Shown: one piece after another, positions 17,454 through 28,881 of the stretch
How positions within the stretch are numbered: the stretch's first letter is position 1
Layout of the letters: each line of letters begins with the position of its first letter
Translations under genes and position numbers: made by a program
Source of the DNA: Spironucleus salmonicida
Lineage: Eukaryota
Direction of reading: 5' to 3'
Length of the DNA stretch: 64,000 nucleotides
Assembly: GCF_000497125.1 (NCBI RefSeq)
Contig: NC_090598.1
Span: 682,001-746,000 of the forward strand
The notes under the pieces: model-generated
What the model was told of the DNA's origin: nothing
Seen by the model: the letters and a program-made list of their open reading frames with translations, nothing else
Database searches by the model: none

Positions 17454-19979
17454 TCACTCTCTGGATGCGCTACCTAGTGCGGCATTGCGTCTCAACTTAT
17501 ACGGGAATTATGCGAAATTGATATAAATCGTGAGGGCATACGGCAGGGAAACCTCGCGGTCACATACAAATTAATCATCTGATGAGATTGGTTCCCAGCT
17601 TTCCCTTGGTGCCAGAGCGTACACTGTCCCTTTTTTGCAGAGATAATAGCAGTACGCTTTAGCTAAGATGTAGAATTTCAGATTCTCTCTAATCGTGAAA
17701 GATCGCAGAAAGAGGGACTCCAGCTAGTATGGGGACACAGCAATGTATACATACTTAATGTAAATATTGGTGATGCTTCTAGTCTTTATCACGGTATAGA
17801 TTGAGTTAGTGACTTGGAGATCACAAAGTTTAAGACTCTTCAGATTTGGCAATGTCGTTACATATAAAGTTCTAACTGCTATATCTATTAAGTGCAATAC
17901 CACTAAAGAAGGAGACAAATAAAGTTCAATATAGTTATTCTTAAGTTACTCCATAAACCCTTAAATTTTTAAGACTTCTAAAAGAGGTAAATGAGATAGC
18001 AGGGTATATATATTACCCAATGACTCTTTTTAAAAACAACTAGCACCAATAATGATTTCTTTCAATATTAATAGGTTATCATTTAATTAAATATTAAAAT
18101 TTATATTACACCTATATAGATTAAGAGAAATAAGTTTAGATGTAATCGGAATTTCGGTATCAATTTTATTCAATATTAAATGTTTAATATTTTTCGCATC
18201 ATAAATTATTTGACAATCTGTATTACTGAGATTTAAAGTATTCAAATTTTATAGCTGGGACTATGTGTAAGATTTCACGCTTGACTGACACAGTTCCAAT
18301 GAGGTAGTGGATGCTGTTAAATTCAGATTTTTAAGACTTTAATTGTAATAACTTAAGCTAACCATATTATTTTGCTTCCTATTAATGACTTACAAATAAC
18401 CAATTTAAGTAAATTTGTTCTATTTCTAAATATAAATATGTTCAGGTATCATCAACTTATTTATATTATTTATAATAACTAATTTTGGATCAAATATGCA
18501 CAAAGCATTAAAAATAATATCTACCTATATGCAGCTTATAAATATATATTCTAGAATGAGATATTCAAGACTACTACAATTTATCAGCTGATTTACTAAA
18601 TAAGAATCGTTTCCTATATTTTCTTTATATTTTTATTCTTCCTATGATAGTTCTTACTCTTTTTATTTAATGGTCAGACGTCTAAATTGATCAGGATAAG
18701 CATATAAAAAGTTGTGTATTTTGGTATTCTCGAGCTCATAACTTTCAACAGGGCATAAAATTTCTAATTTTTCAACATGATAGTCTGTGATTGAAAGCTC
18801 AATCAATCTGTCAATATTCTCACCGATTTTTATTTCTTTAATCTCTTCAAACCTATTACCTACATTAGGACATGGATAGTGACAACATATGTTGACTTTA
18901 CGAAGATTACGAAACTAATTTAAGGCTGTATAAATATTATCGTAAACAATTTATTAAATAGGATCTGAACCAAAAATAACACTTTAAACACGACTTCCCA
19001 GAATTGTAATAGAATCTATACTCATTATAGATGGAAATAACATCTAATTGATTTGAGCGAAATTTATGTCCAATTACTAGATAAAATGAGATTATCTTTC
19101 CAATCCAACTAATTGAAAACTTTCTACTTTATCTTTAACAATAATTACACCGTTAAAACTGCTCTAAAACAATAAAATTGGCGTATATAATATTTAATAT
19201 TTTTCTTATATTTCAATTGTTTTAAAGTTTTGAAAGTATATCAGAAACGGTTCATTACTTATTATACTAATATTTTCTGCTTTTTAAAAATAGATATCTT
19301 CGGTTGATTAAATAAATGTATAATTTATAATTTCACCTAGATGTAATATAGCTCCATGACACATATTTGATAATACTCGATTTGAGTTTTCCTATGAGGA
19401 GTCATCACACCTAATAAAGTTACAGTAGTTTAAAAAGTTGTCCGGAAATTTAGATAACTAAGAATTGGATAAAGTAATAGATACTGGTTGAATAGGATAC
19501 TGAGTGAATACCTTGCCGTCATTAATACAGAAGTTCTAATTAAAAATAAGAGTAATGCCATTAATCAGCAGTGTTTAGATACTTAAGGCTTTAGTTATGG
19601 CTATTTAAGCTACATTATTAATTTCGCAGATAGCTGCGTTGGTTAAGCCTAGGTCAACTTAGCTTTTGTTTTGAATTACTAGAACTTTGAAACAACGTAA
19701 TAAAGCTTGGCCAAAAAAACATAATCTTTAATAAATATTACAGTTTAAAAATATTATAGGTAAAGATTGTGGCAAGATAGTAGAATAATCAATTAGGCAA
19801 TGATCATTATCTACAATCTAGATAGCCCTAAACTCCCTAAGATCTAAGCTTTCTTTTAACATCTAATTATTGAATTATACCTAACAAGGATTCAGGATAA
19901 TTATTTCCTTCTCAACTTTACTCAACTAGACAGTCTTTCCGCAATAATCTACAACGCTACTATCATAATCTATATTCAT
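17454..19979 (-). CDS. Large leucine-rich (LRR-like) hypothetical protein (~841 aa)
   Basis: ATG 19979 in frame with ORF 17724-17918 (LPNLKSLKLCDL) and with AGTGA stop at 17454; interior not checked codon by codon. Confidence 0.6.
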
Positions 19980-20736
19980 TTTAAAATTGCTTATTAGTAA
20001 TAATTTACACCATTTAGTATATAATGCTCAGCTTCTGATATAAGATAAATAAACAAAATTAGCAAACTCAATTGACTATTTTACTTGACATATTTTCGAA
20101 ATATTTAATTAGCATTATTATACAGTATAATTAATTATTTATAAAATAAATTCGACGGGAAACGCATTCGGCGTAGCTAGTTGCTCCCAAACTGCACCAG
20201 AGGTATTTTGCACTTTTTAGCTGAAATAGTCCCAAAACTCCATTTTCATCACACCGTCCAGATCCCTATAGCGACATCCCAGATTTGTCTTGGTAAAGTC
20301 CTGGGCGGCTTGCGCGCCAGCAGTGTCATTTTGGTCGTTTATAAGGGTATGATTTGTTTTGTGTGCTAATCGGTTGTTTGGGTCATTTGAAGACTTTCAT
20401 ATTTTTGATGTTCTTATAGTCAGTATAGTTCTAAATGCTTATATCACTTTAAGGACTTTTAGTCATAAAAGCCCGTTAAAGGCTTTAAGTAGAGCTGTTC
20501 TACCCTCATCTTTGCAGCTTTAGATGGTATAGCGCAATTTAGTTACAAAAAATGAACTGGACATGTTGAATGGAGTTATAGGGATGCAAGTAGCGGATGG
20601 GTGTTTGATAGTTGTACATCACAGTCAGAGGAGGTAGTTGTGTTTTCGCTTCTTTGAGAATAAGCTTTTGTGGGCGTAATTTATATGTTTAATATTATTT
20701 AATAATAGGCATTTAATAGTATACAATTGGGTAAAT

Positions 20737-21146
20737 TCAATTAAAATATATATATTATATATTATACCGTATAAGATAAAATACTTGAAAATCAATAAAT
20801 AGTTTCCTATAAAGAGAAGCAGCGTTTAGCTTCAACATAAGTTTTTATTATTTGTGGATAGTGAATATTTCAATTAAGTTTTTTAACTCCATAACTGATC
20901 TGCCTCTCTTACCAGTTTCACCAAACTTAACTGAAACTACAGTGATATTTTTACTGGCCAGTAACGTTATAGTTAGGGCGTAGTCGTGCTTAGAGCCAAA
21001 AGTAGGATCCCTATCAACAACAAGATAGGCTGAAGTTCTAACCGTTATTAGAATTTTGTTTGAAAATGCGCTGCTCCGCGCTACGATAGGTGTTAGAAGC
21101 TTGCGATCTACTGTACCGTAAATATCCCCGGTCCTGCTCTGATGAG
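20737..21146 (-). pseudogene. Probable 5'-truncated gene remnant cut by the outer inverted-repeat junction
   Basis: Open frame (HQSRTGDIYGTVDRKLL...) runs up to the junction at 21147; its upstream ATG (21207) lies inside the repeat arm. Confidence 0.4.
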
Positions 21147-21238
21147 TCGCGGGGCTCGCTATCCACCTGAGCTCGTAGTTCCTGCTGGGTTGGGTGGTCG
21201 CCTGCATTGTTGGCTGCAGGATGCTTTGCCTGGAGTGA
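21147..21238 (+). pseudogene. 3' fragment of Spec3/Stum-like gene (copy of 35806-35897)
   Basis: Encodes only AGLAIHLSSQFLLGWVVACIVGCRMLCLE-TGA. Confidence 0.8.
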
Positions 21239-21733
21239 AATTTTAGTTACTGGAGGGGTGTATACGGAGAACTTGTTGATGAACTATAGCGAAGCCTCTG
21301 CTAGGTCAGGTGGAAGGTGGCGGACCTCCGTACTCTGCTAGCTTGCTTCGTTCCGCAGAAGCGCACAATTTTCGATGCTGATAGCAGGCAGCGCATGGGC
21401 ACACCCTTATAGGCACTGTCGGGCCCACCGCGACGCCGAATCTGGCTGCATCTGCCGTCTGTTTCGGGTAAAACTAAATTTGGAGTGTGGACGAAACCTC
21501 CCGCAATAGGGACATAATAGCTATTCTCGAGAGTTTTTTTGTAAAATATATTCAACCCGATATGCGGATGCATACCCCCCATAGCAAAATAATCCCGCTC
21601 CCAGGTTTTGTTTTGGCGCTACAACTGAGATTTGGTATAATTTAGAATGCAAATATAAAGATTGTAGACGGTAAATTAGGCTGCCACAAATACTATATAA
21701 GGCCGCGCAGTAGCTATTCCCACTCCACAAAAA

Positions 21734-22879
21734 ATGACGGAAACTGAACCCAACATGACCAAGATAGCGCAGCTAGCGAAGAGCTGCACCGACAAAATCA
21801 GTGAGCAAGGGGTCCAGGCGTAGATGCTGGAGATCATGTCCAAGCAGTCGCAGCAGCAGTCCAAGGCCTTCTCCAAGCTGCACAAGAGGATCCCCAAGGA
21901 CTCCAAGTTCAACGTGTACTACGAGGCCAAGTACCACCTGGAGTCAACCACATACCAGCAGATCCACAAGTTCGACAAGCCGTTCCAGCACCACATCAAG
22001 CAGGTCCAGCTGCTCCTGAAGGCCAACAGCAAGGTCTACGGCAAGGTTCTCAAGACGAGCCAGGCATCGCTGAAGAAGTTTACCAGCGCGAAGGGTGCCC
22101 TCGCAAAGACGCAACAGGCGGTGAGGGACACGCAGAACCTCTACAATCTGGAGCCCAGCCAGAAAGTGGAGGAGCTGCTGAAGAAGCTGCAGGACAAGGA
22201 GAAGCAGCAAATTACGGTCGTTAACGGTCTCAGCAAGCAGAGCAATGTGGACTCCAACACGTGCGAAAACACAGGCATAGACTACCTGAACAAGCTCCAG
22301 ACGGCCTACGGCAACATCCTGAAGCAGGAGAAGCAGTTCTACTCGCTCATCTCGGACATCAGCGAGATCCAGGCCTTCTTCGAGAAGCTGAAGTAGCTAA
22401 ACTCCTACGCGCAGACGTTCGACGTGGAGGACCTGAGCACGAAGTACCTATTTGATACGCTCAAACTCTCCCCAAACATGGCCAAGAAGTAGCTGGTGCA
22501 GCCCGAGCCGGTGGCGGCGCCGATCCTGCCAAACTTCGCAGATACGCAGAGGCTGAAGCTGGCGGACGAGAAGCAGAGGCTCGCTGAGGAGGAGGCCTTC
22601 AAGGAGGCCGAGCGGCTGCGACTGGAGGAGGAAGACCTCAAACGGTAACAGGAGGAGCAACAGCTCGCTGCTGAGGCAAAGGCGTAGGAGGACAAGGCCC
22701 CGATCCAGCTTTAAGAGCAAGAGCAGGAGACGTACGAGCAACCCGAGACGGAGGAGATGCAGGCTGAACCCGTTGCCTCCCACGACGGTTACGAGCAGCA
22801 GTACCAGGAGGAGCCACAGCACGCCCCCGAGACGTACGAGATCCACGATAACGTGGACGCCGACTACCAGGTCCTTTGA
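21734..22879 (+). CDS. Coiled-coil (BAR-like?) protein with acidic tail (381 aa), copy 1
   Basis: MTETEPNMTKIAQLAKS...; strong GC3 bias; CCACTCC upstream, AGTGA right after the stop. Confidence 0.88.
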
Positions 22880-22892
22880 GTGAATCCCTCCA

Positions 22893-24089
22893 TCACTTCG
22901 CCGCGGTGACGATCTGCACCAGCCACCTCGCAATATCAAGTTTGTCCATCACCCCGCTGTGGTGCTCGCCACCAAGTCGGTCCAGGAGCATGATCTCGTT
23001 GCTACTGCTCTGGAAGCCGACCGCTCCGCCGATCTGGTTCACTGCGATGAAGTCCAGGTTTTTGCGGCGCAGCTTGTCCTCCCCGTAGGCGCGGAGGTTC
23101 TCGGTCTCTGCCGCGAAGCCGCACAACACCTGGTGCGTCTTAGCGGCCCCCATCTCGGCCAGGATGTCTCGCGTCCTGCGCATCTCTGCAGCCTCCTCCG
23201 TCTTCTTTAGCTTCCTGTCGCTGCGCACCGGGGAGAAGTCGCTCACGGCCGCTGCCATGAACACGAAGTCCGCCACCGGGAAGTCCGCCATCAGCGCGGC
23301 ATGCATGTCCGCCGCTGAGCGCGTTTTCGTCCACACGCCGCCGAAGCCTGGGTAGCTCTCGGCGGCCACCAGGTGCACGCGTGCGCCCAGCATCTCGCAG
23401 GCACGCGCGATATCGCGACCCATCTTCCCCGAGGAGTTGTTGCTCAGGAAGCGGAAGGGATCGAAGTCCTCCAAAGTCGGGCCGGCGCTAACGACTACAG
23501 TCTTCCCTGCAAGAGAGGTGCCCCCGAGGAGCAGCGCCGCGACTCGGTCCACGATTAGCTGCACTGGCGCCAGCTTGCCATCTCCTACATCTCCGCAGGC
23601 AAGCATGCCTGTCTAGCTCGCAACTACGACGGCGCCCCTCCCGCGAAGGATGGACAGGTTTTGCTAGGTGGCGGGGTGTTCAAGCATGTTTGTGTTCATA
23701 GCGGGGCAGACCACCAGCTGCGCTCTGGTAGCGAGTGCAGTTGTGCTTAAAAAGTCGTCGCAGAGGCCGTGGGCGAGCTTCGCGATGACATTGGCGGTGG
23801 CTGGGGCGATGAGGAGCAGATCCGCGGCCTTGGCGAGTGCCACATGCTCCACATTCATCTCCACGCCGATGTCAAACTGCTGGGTGATGACCCTGTTGCG
23901 GGTGAGCGTCTGCAGGGTCAACGGCGTGATGAATTCCTGCGCTGCGGCCGTAAGAACCGCATGCGTGGTGACCCCAAGCTTCTGCAGAGAAGATGCGATA
24001 TCGGCAGCCTTGTACGCCGCGATGGATCCCGTGACTCCCAGGAGCACCGTCTTGCCTGCCAGCACGGAGTGGCAAGGAGAGAAGTCCAT
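22893..24089 (-). CDS. coaBC: Bifunctional PPC decarboxylase/PPC synthetase (398 aa), copy 1
   Basis: GVTGSIAAYKA, APATANVIAK, PAMNTNM, LACGDVGDG, SAGPTLE.FDPFRFLSNNSSGKMG, AAAVSDF, GFAAET; halves joined through TAG=Gln. Confidence 0.96.
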
Positions 24090-24114
24090 TTGAAGCGGAG
24101 TGCGGAAGGACAAC

Positions 24115-24351
24115 TCACTCATGCAAGCCCGCTCGCAGCAGCGCATAACGTATCTCCTCAGGGGAGTAGCATGCACTGCATGACGCCTGGGGGGTGTCGT
24201 CCCGGAAGCTGTCCCCGCCAGCTCCGAGCTCGCAGGCGATGCAGTGGGACAGAGTGGCCTGGCGGGGCGGCCTGGCGGTAGCATTGGCGAAACGTACCTT
24301 CCGGAGTACGGCCAGGCCGCACAAGAGCTGTGAGGACCGATTCGGGGGCAT
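24115..24351 (-). CDS. 78-aa protein with two CxxC motifs, copy 1
   Basis: CCGCTCC-ga-ATG start and gAGTGA end; CIAC...CSAC. Confidence 0.55.
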   Translation of the reverse strand: MPPNRSSQLLCGLAVLRKVRFANATARPPRQATLSHCIACELGAGGDSFRDDTPQASCSACYSPEEIRYALLRAGLHE

Positions 24352-24398
24352 TCGGAGCGGAGTCGGCTTATTATGTACTGAGTAGCGCTAGACCAAAA

Positions 24399-24614
24399 AT
24401 GCCTCACAAGTACGCCGAGAAGCCGCAGCTGCAGAACTTCCTAGGGCATCGTGTACACCTCTCGCTGCACGGGGGCGGCTGGATCGATGGAGAGCTGCAG
24501 GATGTGGACCCCTTCCTCAACGCCACAATGCACGACTGCACGAACGATAAGGGGAAGCGCATGCCCAGCGCGGTGGTGCGAGGCAACGCCATCACGAGCG
24601 TCTCGTGTGACTGA
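24399..24614 (+). CDS. SmG: Sm protein, SmG/Lsm7-like (71 aa), copy 1
   Basis: KPQLQNFLGHRVHLSL.GG..I.G.L...DPFLN (Sm1) and VVRGNAI (Sm2). Confidence 0.85.
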   Translation: MPHKYAEKPQLQNFLGHRVHLSLHGGGWIDGELQDVDPFLNATMHDCTNDKGKRMPSAVVRGNAITSVSCD

Positions 24615-24619
24615 ATTCC

Positions 24620-25138
24620 TCACTTCGCCCGCACGGGCATATTATGCTGCACGAAAAGGTACAGGCCCAGGAACACAGCTGCGAACCCAAGTGCCAGGGA
24701 ACCGAAGAGGGCGTAGGGAACCGCCGCCGCCTCGTCCTCGTTCACCACAAATTCGCACAGCAGGTTCCTGAGTGAGTTGCGCGACATCTCCTGACAGCTA
24801 TAGTACGTGACCCCGTTCTGCGCCGCGTAGTCCTCCACTGCCTCGCGGCTCACAAACCTGGCGCCCTTGCGCGGGGAGATGTCCAGCACGGCAGCCGTAC
24901 GCTGGACCCCGGATAGTCTTACAATCTCCTGGTGCGCCAGGTTCCACGAGTCCTGGTACTGGCCACTGAACACGATCAGCGCACACTCCGCTTCAGGGCC
25001 AGCCAGGACGAAGCCGAGGTCCCCGTCATCTGTCGGGATCGTGAGGACGCCATCGGAAAAAAACCTGGTAACCTGCACCTCCAGTTGTGGGGAGGTCGGC
25101 CGAAGCTCGAGCCGGATGGTCTTGTACAGCAAGCTCAT
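24620..25138 (-). CDS. Degenerate small-GTPase-like protein with C-terminal TM anchor (172 aa), copy 1
   Basis: CCACTCC-aa-ATG; Rab-like segments ALIVFSGQYQDSW and RFVSREAVEDYAAQNGVTYY; TM ALFGSLALGFAAVFLGLYLFV; no P-loop. Confidence 0.7.
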   Translation of the reverse strand: MSLLYKTIRLELRPTSPQLEVQVTRFFSDGVLTIPTDDGDLGFVLAGPEAECALIVFSGQYQDSWNLAHQEIVRLSGVQRTAAVLDISPRKGARFVSREAVEDYAAQNGVTYYSCQEMSRNSLRNLLCEFVVNEDEAAAVPYALFGSLALGFAAVFLGLYLFVQHNMPVRAK

Positions 25139-25324
25139 TTGGAGTGGCCGATCTAGGAAGGGCAACAACGGGAACTTTATCCCGCGTGTTGTCTTCTCGG
25201 CTCATGAAGCACAAGTGGCCGTCTGACCCTGCTGGAATGGCTGCATCAGGACCCCTCACTCCTGCGTCATGACTATGTTTTCTGGCTAACCGTATCAAAG
25301 CTGGCTAGGTTCCCTAGCGGAGGA

Positions 25325-25747
25325 ATGCGTCAGCCCTAGCAGTGCTCCTTCGAAAATAGCATGCGAGCACCTTCGCTGCTAGCACGCCGAGTAACTCCCA
25401 GTCCGGGTACGGCAAACTGGCCGTGGAAGGTCACGGGCACGGGTCCACCTGGGCGTATGGTGGAACAGGCGCAAGAGGATGCAAAAAAATTGGCTATCGG
25501 TACACAATTGGTTGCTTTGATTTTGGACTACCCCTAGTCTTATCATGAAATTGGTCTCGATGGGAACTGCATACCTGTCGAACCGCCTGACGGAGAATTA
25601 TAATTTAGCAGCATGCGGGACTAGCTATCCCAGGATATCTTTCACCTATTGTCTAGCGAGCCGCTGGGCTCATACTGCTCTGCCGAGGCAGCACTAAGCT
25701 GGCAGGGTCCCTGCAGCTATACCCGCAATAACCACCAGGAAACATGA
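25325..25747 (+). CDS. Hypothetical protein (~140 aa, start uncertain), copy 1
   Basis: Code-6 ORF filling the intergenic gap, with AGTGA shortly downstream. Confidence 0.35.
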
Positions 25748-25825
25748 TGCTTACTAAACGAGTGTGAGTGATACTAGGTCAACGCAAGGCAGCCTTCGCA
25801 GCAACGCCGCATTACACATTCTACC

Positions 25826-26602
25826 TCACCACCGACACCCCAGCAAGCCGAGCTCCAGCTGGTCGATGCCCCGGCATCCCACCTTTACCGCGTCCCAGTC
25901 CACAGGTCCAGACTGCCATGCCTCCGCTACGGGTACTCCTGTTAGCCACTGGCCGTTCATTGCAGTCCATATGGATGACGCCATAGAAAAGCGGTCCAGA
26001 GTTCTGGCCTCGTCTACAGAATTCACCTGGCGCTGCCCCATAAACCCAACTGCGAACTGGGGAAGCAGGGATGGGAGGAAGGGTCCAAGGGGCTGAGCCT
26101 TCCCAAAATCGATTATCCGCACTTCCCCACAACCGTTCACCATGACGTTATCTGGCTTCAGGTCAGCGTGGCAGATACCCGCCTCGTGCAGTTACCCTAG
26201 TGCGGATAGCGCGTTTTTGGTTAGGATACCGAAGTCAAGCCGCCAGTCCCCGAGATTCCAGAGAGTTCGGTAGTCATTGAGGAGCTCCAACTCGAGCCCC
26301 TTGACCATACCATGCCCACAGATATCGAACAGTCTCGGCACGACAGGACACCCAGCCAGACGGCGGTATACCTACAATTCCGCTCTAAATTACTCTGCGA
26401 ATCGCACTTAGGCCCGCGCGTTAGCTGGACGCGGGATCTTTCGAACGCGGCCTGGTCCTGCATGAAGAACTACTGCAGTACCACCATTTGAGACCACTGA
26501 CGGCGTCAGTCCATCAAGAGCAAATTCGCGATAATTGTTGGTCGATACCGTGGCATACGTTTCGGTAAGGAACCCTGTGCAAAAGGACCGTCGGATCGAC
26601 AT
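25826..26602 (-). CDS. Divergent protein kinase (258 aa), copy 1
   Basis: VRK Lys, helix-C Glu, CHADLKPDNVMV, IIDFG. Confidence 0.85.
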
Positions 26603-26620
26603 TTTGGAGTGGTTATTAGA

Positions 26621-28036
26621 TCACTCATCGAAGTCTTCGCTGACCGTACTTAGTTCGTCCAAATGTTCATGGCTTTCTAACCGTGGCGAGGGATCTTCGT
26701 CGGGAATTCCTCCTCCTACTATTACCGGCTCCTCAGATGCATTAGGAAAATGCATCTGTAGAATACTCTCTTTATTAGCCGTCAGCTGTGCATCTTGAAG
26801 TATTGCAAAGGAAACCTGCTTGCCGGGAATTGGCTGTAAAGATGCTTCGTCGGATGCTTCGTCCTAACTAACATCATCTAGTACATCCCCTGATTCGGAT
26901 ATCTCGTCGACTGTTTCCTACGTTATTCTGGCTGTGACCTTCAATTCGTCATTTTCTGGCTCCTATACATCATAATGGGACTGAGATAGCTACCCAATAA
27001 TGCTTGCAGACCCATTATCATCCAGTGAGTCATTACATCCGCTATAACTACTGCTAAGTCGGCCCCGCTTAGCTGATTTCTTAGCCTTTCCACGATGCTT
27101 TTTGGGTAACCGAGCATTCGGCTGCATTTATGGTACAGGAGCCTGATATTTTGGTGTTGCCAATCGAGCGAATAGGCTTACCTACTGTTACGATTTGACA
27201 GAGCTAGCTGACTCAGTAGATGCATTGCCAGGCCCTTGTTCGTATTCAGGCATGCTATCTTATTTAAACAAATTATTGATTGCTGCATCTGGTAGAGTAG
27301 ATTATTGTGGTAAATCCTGAGACAATGGTTAATCAACTAGTCTATCTATAGCAGACTACGGCCGTCTATATGTTGGGGTTCCTAACGGATGAGTTATAAT
27401 CTCATCAGATTTATTATTAATAACTTCTGGTTATGGACTAACACTATCATCGAACTCTTCCTAATCGTCGCGACGCTCTTATTCCTAAATAGTCACATTG
27501 GCTCGTATAACAACAATATCAGTTTGAGTATCTACGTTAAATTTAAATATTTTCATAGTCTAAGTTCCGGTTTCACCTCGCTCTTCTGAAAACCCCAGAG
27601 ATGCGGTTAATTTTTTCTCATTTTCAAGGTCTTGCTCCAAACGCTCAATTTTTGCTACCATAATTGCTGATTCTTAGATATAAGATGTTATGTCCTACTT
27701 TAAATTGTCTAGTTATCCTACATATGTGGCTTCAAGTTACGTTATTTACTAGCTAAGTCTATCATCAAAACTTTATTACTAAACTGAAATAACTTATTAT
27801 AACTGTTATATTTTAACCTACAACATATTTGTATTATTTTCTTCACGACTTATAACACTAAATTATCCTTTACTAAATCTGCTAATTTAATTGAGGTTCA
27901 TTTTGAACTCGCTTTTTCTCTCTTTATTGTAGTTAGATATTGTTAGTTTTAAATCCTTTATCATAAGATCTTTATTATAAGCTAATTGTTGTGCATGCTA
28001 TAATGCTTCTTGTAAATGTAGAATATCATCGTTTTT
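26621..28036 (-). pseudogene. 5'-truncated copy of the 513-aa gene 28882-30423 (possible internal ATG 27964)
   Basis: Lacks the first 42 codons, which lie in the spacer. Confidence 0.8.
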
Positions 28037-28470
28037 CAATCAAAATCATCCTCATAAGATTCAGGTAAGGTTGTTAGACTTGCATTTAATGCTTGATGCA
28101 AATTATAGATTTTATCGTCATCTTAACTACTATCAAAATCATCTTTAGTTTCTTTATCGAAATCATCACTACTTTTTACTTAAGGTAAAAGTAACATATT
28201 GGGCTCAAATATTTAGTTCCTCCAAGGATATTTATCAGAAGCTTTAGTTGTTTATTAATTTACTATTAAATCTTGGCTCTGTTATTCATAATATTATTTT
28301 ATTTTATTCAAATCTTTAATATACTATTATTTTACTTCAGCTAACTATCTAGTAGTTTCTGCCAACTTTCGCTCAAGTGATTTAGTATAATTTTCTTACT
28401 ATTAAGTTATTATGGCTAAGAGAGTTGAAGTAAACCTAGGAACCTAATTTAAAATAGGTTTGATTTCCAT
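28036..28470 (-). CDS. Coiled-coil/acidic hypothetical protein (144 aa) in the palindrome spacer
   Basis: MEIKPILNQVPRFTSTLL...ESYEDDFD-TGA; stop coincides with the arm boundary. Confidence 0.75.
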
Positions 28471-28881
28471 TTTATAATAATAATAATTAATTATTATGTA
28501 GTTATATCTTATTAAAAATAAAATATTATTATAACAAATAATGTAACTAATAAATAAGATATAATCTAGCTCCACAATTATAGTAATATTATAATTTTTA
28601 AATTAGTAATAATTAAACTAATAATATTTTATCATATTCATGGTATAAGTTATTATATATATAAATTTTTGTGAAGTCCAAATTAGCATTAAAATGTAGT
28701 AAATGGAATCAATGAATATCTATATATTATTTAAATATAGATAAATCTAAATATATCATAATGAAATAGTAATATAGCGAATAATAACCACATTAATTTC
28801 AGTAAGTACTTATAAGTAAAAATAGAGTAAAAATAATTATTCTTATAATTATAAAATAATAGTTTGCAATAATTTCCAAAC

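Larger units (their letters stand above)
21147..28036. repeat. Left arm (6,890 bp) of inverted duplication; derived copy
   Basis: Position i pairs with 57044-i; all mirrored ORFs have identical translations; boundaries read base by base. Confidence 0.97.
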
